64,000 nt of DNA, taken from NCBI RefSeq assembly GCF_022045235.1, contig NW_027266282.1, positions 5,332,001 to 5,396,000 on the forward strand. Direction: 5' to 3'. Source of the stretch: Haliotis cracherodii. Its lineage: Eukaryota. Position 1 is the stretch's first letter. Each line of letters opens with the position of its first letter. The translations under genes and the position numbers were made by a program. The notes beneath the pieces are model-generated. The model was not told the origin of the DNA. It saw only the letters and a list, made by a program, of their open reading frames with translations, and did not search any database. Positions 63,758 through 64,000 of this stretch are shown piece by piece.

Positions 63758-64000
63758 ACTGGACACACATAAGTGCTCCACATAAGACCCAATTTACTAC
63801 TGACGCAGGACCTGGACACACATTTGTGCTCCACGTAAGACCCCATTTACTACTGACGCAGGGCCTGGACACACATTTGTGCTCCACATAAGACCCCATT
63901 TACTACTGACGCAGGGCCTGGACACACATTTGTGCTCCACATAAGACCCCATTTACTTCTGACGCTGGGCCTGGACACACATTTGTGCTCCACATAAGAC
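63758..64000. repeat. 53-bp tandem repeat running off the window
   Basis: ggacacacat at 63761, 63814, 63867, 63920. Confidence 0.9.

Overview
Eukaryotic, repeat-rich animal genomic DNA. A marine mollusc (abalone-like) origin is my inference from the SINE and transposon repertoire and is not proven. There is one assembly gap (58109-58315). (1) + strand 3746-26204: an 8-exon gene I reconstructed by hand. All introns are GT-AG and phase-compatible, giving about 3,858 aa. It joins a CG-1-like (Mutator-transposase-type) DNA-binding N-terminus, a basic NLS, a Ulp1/SENP (C48) protease domain and a very long ankyrin region. That region includes 24 near-identical repeats whose loops are encoded by trinucleotide microsatellites. 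(2) Its largest intron holds a decayed AcademX DNA transposon (DDE + XPG-like nuclease + CXC) nested inside a short retroposon. Several 9-bp-TSD MITEs lie nearby, one with a RecQ-like helicase remnant (AcademH-type). (3) 29519-35539: a young Ngaro-type tyrosine-recombinase retrotransposon (gag, RT/RNase H, YR, SGNH hydrolase; split direct repeats) inside a 34/68/84-bp satellite field. (4) - strand 42508-62954: the last 15 coding exons of Drosha. Four of its splice sites have been amplified into tandem arrays of about 5-45 copies of the exon/intron junction itself.
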